Positions 37,404 through 49,580 of a DNA stretch of 64,000 nucleotides are shown in pieces. The stretch is taken from assembly GCA_051294375.1 (NCBI GenBank), contig CM119268.1:6643232-6707231 (forward strand), read 5' to 3'. Below the pieces are notes generated by a model, which was not told where the DNA came from, made no database searches, and saw only the letters and a list, made by a program, of their open reading frames with translations. Origin of the DNA: Paraspadella gotoi. Lineage: Eukaryota > Animalia > Chaetognatha. A program made the position numbers and the translations under genes. Each line of letters begins with the position of its first letter. Position 1 is the stretch's first letter.

Positions 37404-40280
37404 TCATATGGCAGATTTTCCACTCACGATTCTATAAAACCTCGTCTTGCTATTAATGCTTGAGTTCAAACAGTTCCTCAAAGCATCGAGGTCGAACTCT
37501 GCCTCTCTCTGGAACGTGAAGAGCATAACGAGGGAAAGGGAAACGGGTTCTCGGCTCACTTCCGCGAACAACTCACCCGCGTCCACCAATCGCAGGATGG
37601 CGCGCGGGTTCTCGATGACCCGTTTCGAATCGGCAACGGCCACGTCCGGAAAGAGTTTCTCGATGGCCAGGGACAATTGGCGGTGAAGATTTTCGGGAAG
37701 GATAAAAAGGACTTTACAGACATCGCGAATGGCCTTCTCTTCTTTGGACCGAGCGATCTTTGTCTTTTTTCCACGCCACCATTCTTTAAAAGTTCTCAAA
37801 CCCAATCGAATGATCGGGTGAATCTGCTTAGCCAATTCGATTGTGAAGTCCAAAGCATTTTCAATCGCGTTCTTCGTCTCTTGGACACGCGATTTATCAA
37901 ACAATTTGCAACAATAGTCGAAACCGCGATGCATTATGTCGCGAAAATCTCGAAGCGGGTCACTAGAGTCGAGACCAAGTAATTTTAAAAATCGCTCTAT
38001 TTCTCGGGGTAAGGAGTTCGTTCTACAACGAATAAAGTCCGCGAGGGTGGCAAAGCCGGCGATTAAAATGAGGCGCACAGAGGACGCGCTCGCTTTTTCT
38101 AATTCAAACGGCGCCGTTTTATCATCGGACCTTTGACAGGCGGCTGCCAACGCGGTAGAAAGGTCAATATTTAAGAAATCGAACTCGGTCGAGTCGTCGA
38201 TGCCGGTTAAAATATGAATTTGTTCCGACAAAATGGTTAAAATATTCTTTGACTCAATCGAACTGGTCACCTCGACGACGCCGCACATTTGACAGACGCC
38301 GCTTTCGCCTTTATGTACGCAAAGACGGTTTGTCTCAGTTGACGTGCGGAGGAGGGGAATAATCAAGCGGAAATCGAAAGAGTCTGGTTCCGGTTCGACG
38401 ACAGGGCCCTTCGAGGCAGACAGAGTTGAGAAAGCAAAAGAATCTCCGTCGCTCCCATTGGCAACTTTAGCTCTTGAAGGCGAAAAAGATTGACTTCCCT
38501 CGACTTTTTTTCCGTCCGAGTTCTGTCGACCATCGAGAGAAAACACGAGAGGTAACTCCAAGGCGGAACATTCCAAAGGATTTCTCGTCTCTTCCAAATT
38601 GTCGAAAATGTTCATTACCGGCTCAGCATTGGACAACAGGCAAGAATTAGTCTCGAAGTTTCCGAAAACGTTAAAATCATTCACAGGGCTTGGATACTGC
38701 AAAGGGAAAACGCTATCTCTCTGGTTTCCATCACATAGGTTCTTGACCGCATTTAAATCCTGCAAAGGAGGTAGGGTTTCTTCCAAATTGTCGAAAAAGT
38801 CTACATTATTTACAGAGTTGAGATCAAATAACGGATGAATTGTCTCTTCCAATTCACACATATGGTTCAAATCATTTAAACGGCAAGCATCCTGGTAAAA
38901 ATTGTCTTCTTTTATAGAGATTGCTTGCGAATCTATTGAAGAGTCGACAAGAGGTATGAGCGGAACTTTTGAGAAATCACCATTAACTTTATGACTTATT
39001 AAACTCGTTTGAAATTCGTTTTTGTCAATGGGTTCGATTGGAGAAACGTTTTCAACCATCATGTTCTCGTGGGGCTGACCGGTAACGTTTGTCTTCGAAT
39101 TCGCTTCAGTCATTTTATTCTCGTCTGTAAATGAAAATTCCAAGTCCGCATTGTCAGTCACCTTAAAAATTTCTGGGAGATTCTCTTGGAATTGTTCGAG
39201 CATTGTCTCAATACCACTTGCTACTTGACTCGAAACGACAGAGTCTCCAGTGCGGATTGAGTTCGAATCTTCATTTGACTCGCACGCGTCTAAGTCCTCG
39301 AACTCGAAGAACCTGACACGTTTCGTCGGGTCTGGGGGTTCATCCACCTCGACGAGGGGAACGGGAGGAAACGGAAATCCGAGACGACGTCTGGCTCGAC
39401 CAATGGAAGCTATCGAGTCCGACGAAGAAGCGAAGGAAAGGACAGCTTCGAATCTGTTCTTTAAAATTTCGAAACATTCTCCGTGACAAATTGGTGAATA
39501 ATCGCATTCCTCGATCGCCAATCGCCAGTTTGTCGTTTCTCTTCTCAAATTTCTTAAGAAATGTTCGTCCTCAAAACCGAAAACTCCCTCTTTGTGGAAT
39601 CTGGGGCACGGAATTGATTCTAAAGAGGTCCTCGGAAACGCCCATTCGCCCAATAAGCCAGCTAATGGCTCGACGTGACTAGATAGAATCCCAGTGACAT
39701 TTATGGGAATGTTCTCAAGCCGGTCGTCTAAAAAATTGTCTTCAACCCCAAAGTCAAAGTTGAGTTCGTTTTCCAACAAGGACCCTTTTTCTTTAATCTG
39801 TGGCACAACTTCTTCATCTTTGTCGGCACGCGAGTCCTCTTTCACCGACGGACCAATCCATGAGAGAATATTATTTTCGACGCGAGACTCTGGATCCGGA
39901 CGACGAGGAGGCGAACCAGATTCCGAACTGCTGTTAATAACAACGGTTTCGAACAAATCTATAGAAGACGGATTCGGAGCAGCGCCGGGTTCGGATACTT
40001 CCTTGCGATCTACCGGGCAGAAGAGCGGAGCTTTGATTCCCGAGGATACACAAGAATTTTCGTTGATCTTTCGTTTACGCGGTCGAACAGGGAGAAGAAC
40101 GGTAGGATTCTCGCTCTGCAGTTCAAAAGGAGAAGAAATAGCTATTTCAAATCCGTCGTGCAACTTGCGTCGATCTAGGCTTTCTTTGAAGGCTTCTAGT
40201 CTTTCCGCGAGACTACGACGAATCGGGGGTTGATTCTCTTTATCAGCGTCAACATCGAATCGACCCAAAAGCCCGCTCAT
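37404..40280 (-). CDS. Unknown intronless 958-aa acidic protein with internal ~22-aa repeats
   Basis: Uninterrupted 2.9-kb ORF filling the space between SRA1 and SEPSECS. No family was confidently recognised. Confidence 0.75.
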   Translation of the reverse strand: MSGLLGRFDVDADKENQPPIRRSLAERLEAFKESLDRRKLHDGFEIAISSPFELQSENPTVLLPVRPRKRKINENSCVSSGIKAPLFCPVDRKEVSEPGAAPNPSSIDLFETVVINSSSESGSPPRRPDPESRVENNILSWIGPSVKEDSRADKDEEVVPQIKEKGSLLENELNFDFGVEDNFLDDRLENIPINVTGILSSHVEPLAGLLGEWAFPRTSLESIPCPRFHKEGVFGFEDEHFLRNLRRETTNWRLAIEECDYSPICHGECFEILKNRFEAVLSFASSSDSIASIGRARRRLGFPFPPVPLVEVDEPPDPTKRVRFFEFEDLDACESNEDSNSIRTGDSVVSSQVASGIETMLEQFQENLPEIFKVTDNADLEFSFTDENKMTEANSKTNVTGQPHENMMVENVSPIEPIDKNEFQTSLISHKVNGDFSKVPLIPLVDSSIDSQAISIKEDNFYQDACRLNDLNHMCELEETIHPLFDLNSVNNVDFFDNLEETLPPLQDLNAVKNLCDGNQRDSVFPLQYPSPVNDFNVFGNFETNSCLLSNAEPVMNIFDNLEETRNPLECSALELPLVFSLDGRQNSDGKKVEGSQSFSPSRAKVANGSDGDSFAFSTLSASKGPVVEPEPDSFDFRLIIPLLRTSTETNRLCVHKGESGVCQMCGVVEVTSSIESKNILTILSEQIHILTGIDDSTEFDFLNIDLSTALAAACQRSDDKTAPFELEKASASSVRLILIAGFATLADFIRCRTNSLPREIERFLKLLGLDSSDPLRDFRDIMHRGFDYCCKLFDKSRVQETKNAIENALDFTIELAKQIHPIIRLGLRTFKEWWRGKKTKIARSKEEKAIRDVCKVLFILPENLHRQLSLAIEKLFPDVAVADSKRVIENPRAILRLVDAGELFAEVSREPVSLSLVMLFTFQREAEFDLDALRNCLNSSINSKTRFYRIVSGKSAI

Positions 40281-40382
40281 GTTTTACTATATAGTCAGTA
40301 ATCTTATTACACAAAGGAAAGATACCTAAAAAAATATCACAGTTGAATAGAAAATTTAAAAACACTTAGATCATTTCTGATG

Positions 40383-41364
40383 TCAGGTAAGAGTAGGAAT
40401 AAAGTAATTCAATCCGGATGCTTCCTTATCCTCGTCATTCTTCAATGAATTTTGTTCAACTTCTTGAGGAAAATGTTTTTTAGATTCGACCAGAATCTTC
40501 TTAAGGGCCATTACCCACTTATTTACCGCGCTGGGATGATCAACGGCCAATGCAACCTAAAAGTAATAAAAAATAACCGAATTTAAGTTTACAATTGATC
40601 TTCCAAGACGTCTCAAGGACGCACCTGAAGTTTTAATGCTCCCTCCCAATTTCGCGCGACGATTTCTTCCGCGATTCGCGTCAATTTATTCTCCACTTCC
40701 TCGACAAATCCAGCGTTACCTTCATCGTCTTTCCAAGCCTCGGTCATCAACGCCATCTTTTTTTCAACTTCGTTCAATTGTTTTTCCGGCAAAGCGTTTT
40801 TCTCGCGCAAGGCCCTGATTGACGATTCGACCGCTTCGACCACTAGGAGTCGCTTCTCTCGAGACGAGTCTCGCCGCGCGTCTTCCGATCCAGTTTCGGG
40901 CGCGTGGGCGGGAGAACGAGGAGCGTCGGAGACGGGGATTGGAGTTGTGATCGGGTCATCCAAGTTAGTAGCGACTGGCGGAATAGATGACCAAGAAGTA
41001 TAGTTTCCTAAATTACGCCGTTTTATCCGGGACCATATTCGATTTCCCTACCCTTTGGCACGCCACCCTTCAAAAACGGATGGACGCGGGGAGGTGAGGA
41101 GGCGAGGGAACTAAGACTTTCGTGGCTGACGTTTGCCTTCACTTCTGTTATTTTTTTCGAGGGAGGGAAGGCAACTCGTTTGGTCAATTGGACCCTTGAC
41201 TTGGGAGGAGCCGATGCAATCAGACCTAAATTTTTTTTTCGCACGTAGAAATTCAGCCCAGGGAACTAATACAAACGATAATTTAATTCAAAATAAATAC
41301 CCGATTCACATTGAAACTTTGGAGGGTCATTCCAGCCACGATCAGGATTTGGAATTCCCGCCAT
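40383..41364 (-). CDS. SRA1: Steroid receptor RNA activator 1 protein (SRAP), multi-exon
   Basis: N-terminal DRGWNDPPKF, LTKRVAFP, and a C-terminal helical domain (EVEKKMALMTEAW...ALAVDHPSAVNKWVMALKKIL). Confidence 0.85.
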
Positions 41365-41856
41365 GGAGGAGGTAAGTTTGCGGTTTTTAAAAGCAACAAG
41401 TTTAAAAAATCTAAAAAAAGTTGGGGGGAAATAAGGATCCTCGGAATGGAATGGAATCCATTTAAAAATTACATGAAGAAATTTAATTCGTCAACTCTCT
41501 AACTCCCGTGAAAAATTAAGACCTGCATTTTCACTGTTAGTGCTCACTGCACACTATGAGCACTGCTCAGTGTGAAGTCTCCTTTTATTTAAATCCTCTG
41601 TTCATTCTGAAAAAAAATAGAAATCAATCAAGTATAAACTAAACTTTGTAATGATCACAGTCGCAAGAGAAAAAAAAGGCTGCGAATAGGCCATAATTTG
41701 GTACCTTTCGCGAATACTATAAGAATATGAAGAAATCTAAAAAGTACATGGTTATCGTAAATAAAGTTGAAACAATATTATGAACTCAATATTGAAACTT
41801 TCGTTAATCTGAAAACACAAAAGGAAATCATGGTAAACAAAAATTGTTTTTAAAAT

Positions 41857-44800
41857 CTACTTAAGGTTATATGCAAATTGCATATCTCTCAGCTTGGCAA
41901 CGCGTTGCTGATGATTCGGATCATCTATATGGAGCTGTGCTTCTTCCAAATTACTCATTACGAAGCCGCATAGTTTGCAGTCGCGGCGACCGGGACGCCT
42001 CTGCTCAATGTGACGTCGCAGTTCCTCCTCTCCACGTTTAAGGTCAAACAGCTGACCCATTCTGGAGTTCGAAAGGATTTGCGTGAAAGTGAATGAAAAT
42101 AAATAATATTTACTATTTGTACCCGGAATGCAAGCTTTAAATTCTTATATGAGGCACCTCTTTTCATTTCCATCTTGCGAAACTGAGCGTGATGTCTGAG
42201 TGGAGCAGTATTCGCTACTATGGATGCTAAAGCCGGAAACTGACTCCGAGTCTCGCTCAGCGCCGTCGGGCACGGCGCGAATTCCACGAGACCGAGTCCG
42301 CGACGCAGTGTCCGAAGCCGTTTCGGACTCGGTGTCGCTCACCACGGTCGAGGTGAGAGCTGAAGAGGCTAAGAGGGGGAAAAAATGTAATTCATGAAAA
42401 TACAAATCGAAAAAAAAAAGATTGAGGGGGCGGACTGACGGACCGACAAAGTGAATTAAAGAGTCGAGATCTGCTGATAAGAAGATCCGACTAAAAATCT
42501 ATCGATAACTTGTAACTGACGACAACGACAACGACGCCGCCGCTTATTGGGACCATAAAAACCTGTATCGTCTTGATCTCGGTCCGTCCACATCACGCAA
42601 TGCAGCGGTAAAATCCAATGATCTCCTTGAGGCAGCACCTCACCGTCGTAGGGTACCACCAGGTTTTCTTCGGCCACTTGGTTCCAACGAAAAGCACTGA
42701 GAGTAGATATATGTAATGACAATTTAAATATTCTAACAACGCGGAGAAACGTACTTTAATATAAATCATTTTAAGGAACTGGACATCTATTACAGAAGCA
42801 ATAGTATATTTTTCAATAACAATTAAAATCCCCTTTCTAATGGTTATAATTTTGGTCTCGCTTTCGTCTGATGAGCGGAATTTAAAATAAAAAAATAAAA
42901 AATAAAAGAAAATAAACCATAATGTAAGCAGGATGTTGCATTTTGAAACTTTATGTAAGGAATAAGTGAATATAACCTTGGATAATCGTACACCCTATTC
43001 CTCTTGAATCCGACCGAGTCTTTGTTAGTATCCGCCCGTAACGAGGGTCGTTGGTGATTCAAAATCTCCAGAAGCTTAAAGCGAATTTTCTCCTGCAGAG
43101 CTTTTGTATCAGAGACTGTGCGATTCAGGCGCTGCGGACCTGAGCGACCCGCGGCCGCGTTCAACGTCGCGCTGATAAGAGCGCGAAGGTTATTAATTAG
43201 CATGATGTCCTTGCAGGTTAGCTCGGCGTCGAAGGTAAGTTCGATGTCGTGATCAGGAAAAATCGGACCCTCTTCGACGCGCATCCAGGCGTCGTCGTCT
43301 ATCATTCGAGTGGATTCGTTAGTTTCGATCGGCTTGTTGTAGCTGTAGCGGAAAACAGAAAATTTTAATTTTATCTGGTAATGTGTTGTGTATTACAATA
43401 ATATATGTATTATTAAATTTTTGTGATAAGCAGTCATTGGTGTTTGCTACTTTAGGAAGTTTTCTGGCACTCACCCCAATCCCACCAAAGCTCCAGTAAG
43501 GTGAGTACTCCTCGGATTGGTCCTAAATTCGGCTTGCGGAGCAAAAATGAGAGAGACGATGGCCGCCAAACCGGGTATCATGGGCATGAGCGTCGTATCG
43601 CGCGGTATCAGTTTATCACCCTTAGCATCGGCCCCGACGGTGGCAGCAACAAGGAGGCGGTCGTGCTTGTCGCTCGGGTGATCGTCCAAGCAAACCGAGT
43701 TAATAGATTCGCCGGCGACATTAACTGCTTTGCGGCGCCCGGAGTTGTTGAGGCTACTAAAGCGGAGCAGCAGCGGATTACTGGGTCCGTGCAGACGTAT
43801 GAGACGCCGATGACCCGATGAACCTTGCGACTCGCCTCTCGCGACGCTCAGAGAATTGGCGGGGAAAATTTGCCAATCGTTGTCGATGCCGAGGCGGCCC
43901 CGAATCTGAGAATTAGCTCTCTCGGCTTGGTCTGAAATTGGCGAATTTGCGTGGTCTTCCGTATCCAGGACATTGGTTCTCGTGAGACGAACTTGACTCT
44001 CTGTCACTCGGTCGTGATGCTTCATTTTGGAAGCGACTGGCTCTTCTTTCCACTCGCAAAACTTATGCGACATTAGCTGATCAATTAAACTCACCGATTT
44101 GTTATGAGAAACATTTAGGTCAACCATTTCCGAGCAACGGATGACATTGTCGACGATGGAATATATGGTTGCTTGCATTCTGTGGCCTAAAATTCGCGGC
44201 TTGAAGCTGTCTATGACATCATCAGTCCACCGGCCTCTGGGAAATGACTTCGCGAACGGTTTCACGTGAGATAATTTAAACTCGAAAGCCAAAAAAGGAT
44301 AAGCATCTAAAATGTGCTGCTCGATGTGGAGGAAATTTTCAACGGTTAGCCACTTTGACAGTCCAATGTCGACAAAGAAAACCTGAAAAGATTTGCCGGT
44401 AGGTTCAATCTTGATCCCCGTTACCTGAGCGCGATAAAACCCAGGCTCCAAGCAAAATTTAAAGGGAAATTCGGTATGAGCTGCGACGAAATCTCCAGCT
44501 TTAAGAGAAGAGACTTGATCCCTCATTAGCGGTCTGTGTTGCAAATGCGGATTGTTGAGATACCTACTGACTTCAATTAGATTTTTAAAGGACTCGTCGT
44601 CAGCAATGATGCCAAAGTAATGATCAACAGAGACGACGGCCGTGACCACGATTTCAATGTGTTCAGTGATTACAGATGGAAAATCACGAAAATAGCCTCC
44701 TTCCGACTTGGTGTGGCCTCCTTGGGCAGGAGCGTCTTCAGGAAGGGACAAAAAACGATTGGTGCGAAGACGCTGCTCACATTCGGCCTCTTGTTCACGC

Positions 44801-47712
44801 ATCTCGTTAAAACCTTCCATCCTGATTCGCGCCTCATCCTTTGTCAAAGACTCGAACTCGAAGCGAACGGGAATCCTGCTCATTTTGACCGACATGTAAA
44901 CCTGCGGTAGGATGGGTGAGCGTTGAAAAACACCAGGCGACGGAACAAACTCTAAGAAAAGCTTGCTTCCTTCAAAGTGATATTTGAAGCTGCAATTATT
45001 CGCCTCGATGTGCTTGGAAACTATTTCCTGAATCTTGTCCTTGTACAGAGGACCCTGGTCGTTGGGGAGGCCAGTCATCATTACCGAACGAAAAGGATCA
45101 ACACCCGACATGGTTCGCAAGCACTCGTGCTCGTCCTTGGCTTCACGAAGGAAATAGTTGGGATAAAACGCCCCAGCGATAATTATTTTGTGAAGGAGCT
45201 CCTCTTTTAGCTCGTCTCTATCCGACACTTCAGACGTCGTCGAGACGATGTTAAACTGTTCCAAACGCTGGTGGAGATCCGTTACCAACTCATCTACCTC
45301 CTTGATTCGTTTAAATGAAACTAAGTTCTTTTCGCCCCAATCCTGTCGTGCGCGCGGGTCCTTAAAAGCATTCTTGGCTCTCTTCTCAGCCCATGTTCTG
45401 TAAGCCACGAGCATGGCTATTACGTCGGACCCGGAGTCATTAGACCACGACAACTGAGCCATAAATGACGTAACATTTTGACGGAACGGTCTGGAGAAGA
45501 AACCTCCCAAATTTAAGGAGGCGGCCATTATGATGGCGTCGTCCAAAATGCCAAATACGTGACCCAAAAGGATTAACTTGGACAGGTGAACATCCAAAGG
45601 AAGTTGCGCCATTACCCGACCTAGAAATGTCAATTCGCCATCGAACCTTGGGTTAAGACGGGGAATGAATCCTTCGAGAACTGGAATGTTGGTCAGAGCG
45701 CCGACCTCTTTCAAGCATAGGACAGACCTCTCTATGTCATCAAGGTTGGGCGGGCTAATCGCAAGTCCAAGCAAATATTTTGGATCCCCAAGATCAAGAA
45801 TCTTCGCCTTTAGCACCAGCTGATCCAAAGGAGCCCTTTGCATTTCAGGCGGTGCATGGTTACTAAGGGCTTCGTAGAATTGTCGTGGAACCATCCTGTA
45901 GCACCGCCCAGCGGCGACTCGGCCGGCCCTTCCACGGCGCTGGTCGCAGCTTGACTTGGATGCCCACTCGAGTCGGAGACTGGGATAAGAGGTATCTGGA
46001 TCGCAAAAGAGGTTTTTCGTAAGGCAAAAGTCGATGACGTAGCGAACATCGGGAACTGTAATTGAAGACTCGGCGATGTTGGTGGCCAGGATAACCTTTC
46101 TTTTACCGGCAGGAGGCCTCTTAAAAATTTTTCGAACAGTTTCCCGGGTCAACGTGATCGAAGAGTGTAGAGTGATTATTTCCATTTTATCTTGATCCGG
46201 ACGTTCTTGGAGAAGGTCGTAAAAGCGATTGATTTCTGCCAAGCCAGGCAAAAATATGAGAACAGAACCTCGAAAAATAGAATCTTCTTGAGAAGCAGTG
46301 GACATGTCCAGGCTAGAGTCACCACTTTGAGCTGCCAATTCTCTGTTACGCATGCGGGTCCTGTATTCTTTCAACTCGAGATCCTCGAACTTGGTAATCA
46401 GCTTAGCGGCAACGTGACAAGTTTCTTCGTCAAGTTTCGGAGATTCCAGTCGCGGTTGGTATATTTCCTTCCCGTTGGCAAGAGTGGCTAACTGGTCAGA
46501 GTACCATTCCGTGACCGCATACATGTGACCTTCGACGTTGAGCACTGGGCAAGGTTGAAGGCGGCCAGAGGAATACTGAGTAAAGTACTCCGAGAAGACG
46601 TCGGTTTCCATGGTCGCCGACATGAGGACGAGCTTGACTTGTGGAGAAACAGTGCGCTGTAACTTTTTGGCCACGAGAAGGCAGAAGTCCAAATCAGAGT
46701 CGCGTTCGTGAATTTCGTCGAGAACGACGTGGGTGAATTCGTTGAGAGACTGCAAGAAAAACATTTGTCTTTCATTATGACAAATTATTATTTTTTTTCA
46801 AGTCATAAACGTCATAAATGTAAGACGAACCTTATCGTTTATCATTTTCTGCAAAAGAACACCGCTCGTGCAATAGAGTAGGCAAGTATCTTCGGTCGCC
46901 ATTTTTTCCATTCCAACTTGAAAGCCGCAAACTGAACCTATCTGCCATGAGCGCTCATTGCAGACACGTTCGGCGATTGATTTGGCAGCGATTTTTCGTG
47001 GTTGCGTCACGACAATATTGCAAGGCCGTCGCTTCTCCGTGGCATCGTCCAAAATAAATTGCGGAACCTAAAAGGAAAATTTGTATTTTAATAGATTCCG
47101 CTGTAAAACCTTACGTTTGGGCCTATTATCTATTAGTCTTGCCTGTGTGGTCTTTCCGCTTCCGGTGCTGCCTTTTATCAGTACGATGGAATTTGCTTCG
47201 ATGGCGTTGACGATTTCGCTGCGATGGTTCGTGATCGGAAGCTGAGTATTATAGGTGTGCGGACGAGAAACGGCAATCTGCTCGTAAAATTGGTCAGGAC
47301 GGCGCTGGGGCAAACGTCGAGCGCGGTCGGCACCACTCTGCGCATCGGAGGAAATAGTCAGCGTCTCTAATCCCGCGGATAGACCGTAGGCGCTATCGGC
47401 GCCAGATTGAGACCCCATCTCGCGCTCCTGGCGGCGCTGGTATTCGTAGTCGTCCTCGCGCTTGACTTTAACGCCATAGGCAAGATTCTGCGGAGCGTCG
47501 GGAGTCAAACGCTTGTACGAAGGGATGGGTTGAGTATTGGGAAAGGCGGAGTAAACGGCGCGCTGCGTATTCAGATCAAAAGAATAACCGCCCAAGCCGG
47601 AGACGCCGAGCGTGTTCATCGGCATCGTTGTTATCTTAGGTAATTCACGATTCGGAGAGAAATAGGCGTCGATGGCCTCGACCGTTAACTCGGGAACCAT
47701 TCGGTGAGTCAT
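41857..47712 (-). CDS. TDRD9: piRNA-pathway DExH helicase TDRD9/spindle-E (helicase, HA2, Tudor, C-terminal zinc finger)
   Basis: GSTGSGKTTQVPQFILD, VTQPRKIAA, LDEIHER, LMSAT, ILATNIAESSITVPDV, QRRGRAGRV, IAGAFYPNYF, Tudor-like FYRAQV...VFFVDIG, RDTTLMPMIPGL and a terminal CKLC...HIDDPNH. Confidence 0.95.
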
Positions 47713-48089
47713 GATTTTATATGATGATATTTATTAAGAGAAAGACTCTGAAAGAGAAGATAAAGCGGGATAAAATCATAAAAATGCCCATTCAGGGAAA
47801 AATATACGCAAAAACAACTTAACGAACGATTAAAAGAATGTTAAAGTAGATATGAACAATTTTAAAAATTTAACCGTCAACTAAGATTTTTTTCCCTTTT
47901 CCAATCCTATAAGATTCACGATTAGATCGATCGATTCTTCTTAATTTCAATTGTCTCTTCTTTAAAAGTTTGTTAGAAATAGATTGGCAATCTTTCCCCT
48001 AACTAAATATTACATATTAATAAATAGCGAGCAAGAGAATTAATAACAGTAAACAAAGATGATTCAATAACCAATGGCTCAAATGTTTT

Positions 48090-49580
48090 TCATTCCCCCG
48101 TATATTTTGGGGCTCTTTTTTCCTTGAAAGCGGTGAGACCCTCTATCCTATCCTTGGTGGGAATGACTTGAGCGTAGCATGATTCTTCAAAGGCTAAACC
48201 AGAAGCCAAGTCAACGCTGGTCCCGCGGTTGATGGCCACTTTGGCCATGCGCAGGGCAATTGGTCCTGCAAATTGCAATAACGAATAGCTCGATTCAGAT
48301 CCAATGCTCTCCGCATATGATTTTACTCTCAACAACGAAAAAAGAACCTTGCGTGACGATCTCCGCGGCCAATTCCAAACTTTTCTGATAAGCGGCGTCG
48401 CCGTCGGCATTCTGAGGAACGCTGTGATTGGCGAGACCGATGAGGGCCGCTTGACGACCAGAAATGGCTCGCCCCGTAAAAATGAGCTCCTTGGCGACGG
48501 CGGGACCGACTAAACGAGGCAAATTTTGCGTCCCTCCGCCACCTGAAAGGACGGTTGCTTATAATCCGTTTGCCTCATTATACTAGATAAGAACGAACAG
48601 ATAAATTTACCGGGAATTATCGCCAGTTTGGTTTCTGTCAGTCCAAGTTTGGCATCGTCGGAAGCGATTCTAAAACATTTTAGAAAAAATTTTATCAAAT
48701 TCATTTTAAAAAGTTAAATAACAAAACTGTAAATTGCATTATCAAGAGTTGTACGGCAGCAAACAATAGACAAATTTGAAGTTTTGGTTAAAATAAACTT
48801 TTCTCAACAAAGCATGATTGGATAAAAACGCTAACCTGATGTCGCAACCCAGAGACAATTCCAACCCACCGCCGAGCGCTGCGCCGTCCAAGGCGGCAAT
48901 GGTGGGAGCGGGGAAGTTGGCGACGCTAAGTAAGAGACCGCGAAGTCGAGACACGAAAGGCCCCACTTCGCTCTCCTTCATTGTAGCGCGTTCCTTCAAG
49001 TCGGCGCCGGCGCAAAAAATACCCGGAACAATCGATCTGCGAACGTAAGTCAATATGGTGATTACTAGCGCGTATATCGTAAACTCAAAACCATTACGTA
49101 CCTAAATATCAAAACTCTGAGGTTCTTATCGAACTGAACTTGATCCAGGGCTTCACGGAACTCGCCCAACATCTGTTTGCTGAAGGCGTTTCTGGCTTTG
49201 GCGCGGTTGAAACCGATCACGGCGACGCCATCGAGGGGCCCGTCGAGATACTCGAGGACCAACTGAGCCTCATAAGACGGCGCGACGGAGACTAAAAACG
49301 GGAAATTTGTGAATATGTAAGTATCGTAATAAAGACGAAAAAAAATCGACTTGCCATGCTCGCTCGTTGCCATGTTTCTTCTCAGTTCCTTGAAAAATTC
49401 GGGACATAATCGAAGAAACTTGCCCGGGGAGTTCTGCGAAGGCCAGGGAACTTTAAAAATAGTCAAAGGTCGCTGCTGCATTTCCAGTTTTGACATATTA
49501 AAACGGGTTTTCTGCACCGAGAGTCCTCTTGGACTTCGCAAACAGCCTTCTAGTCCGCGAAAAAACAACGAGCCACTCAT
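48090..49580 (-). CDS. AUH: Methylglutaconyl-CoA hydratase (AU-binding enoyl-CoA hydratase), mitochondrial, multi-exon
   Basis: [92 protein letters not shown]. Confidence 0.95.
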
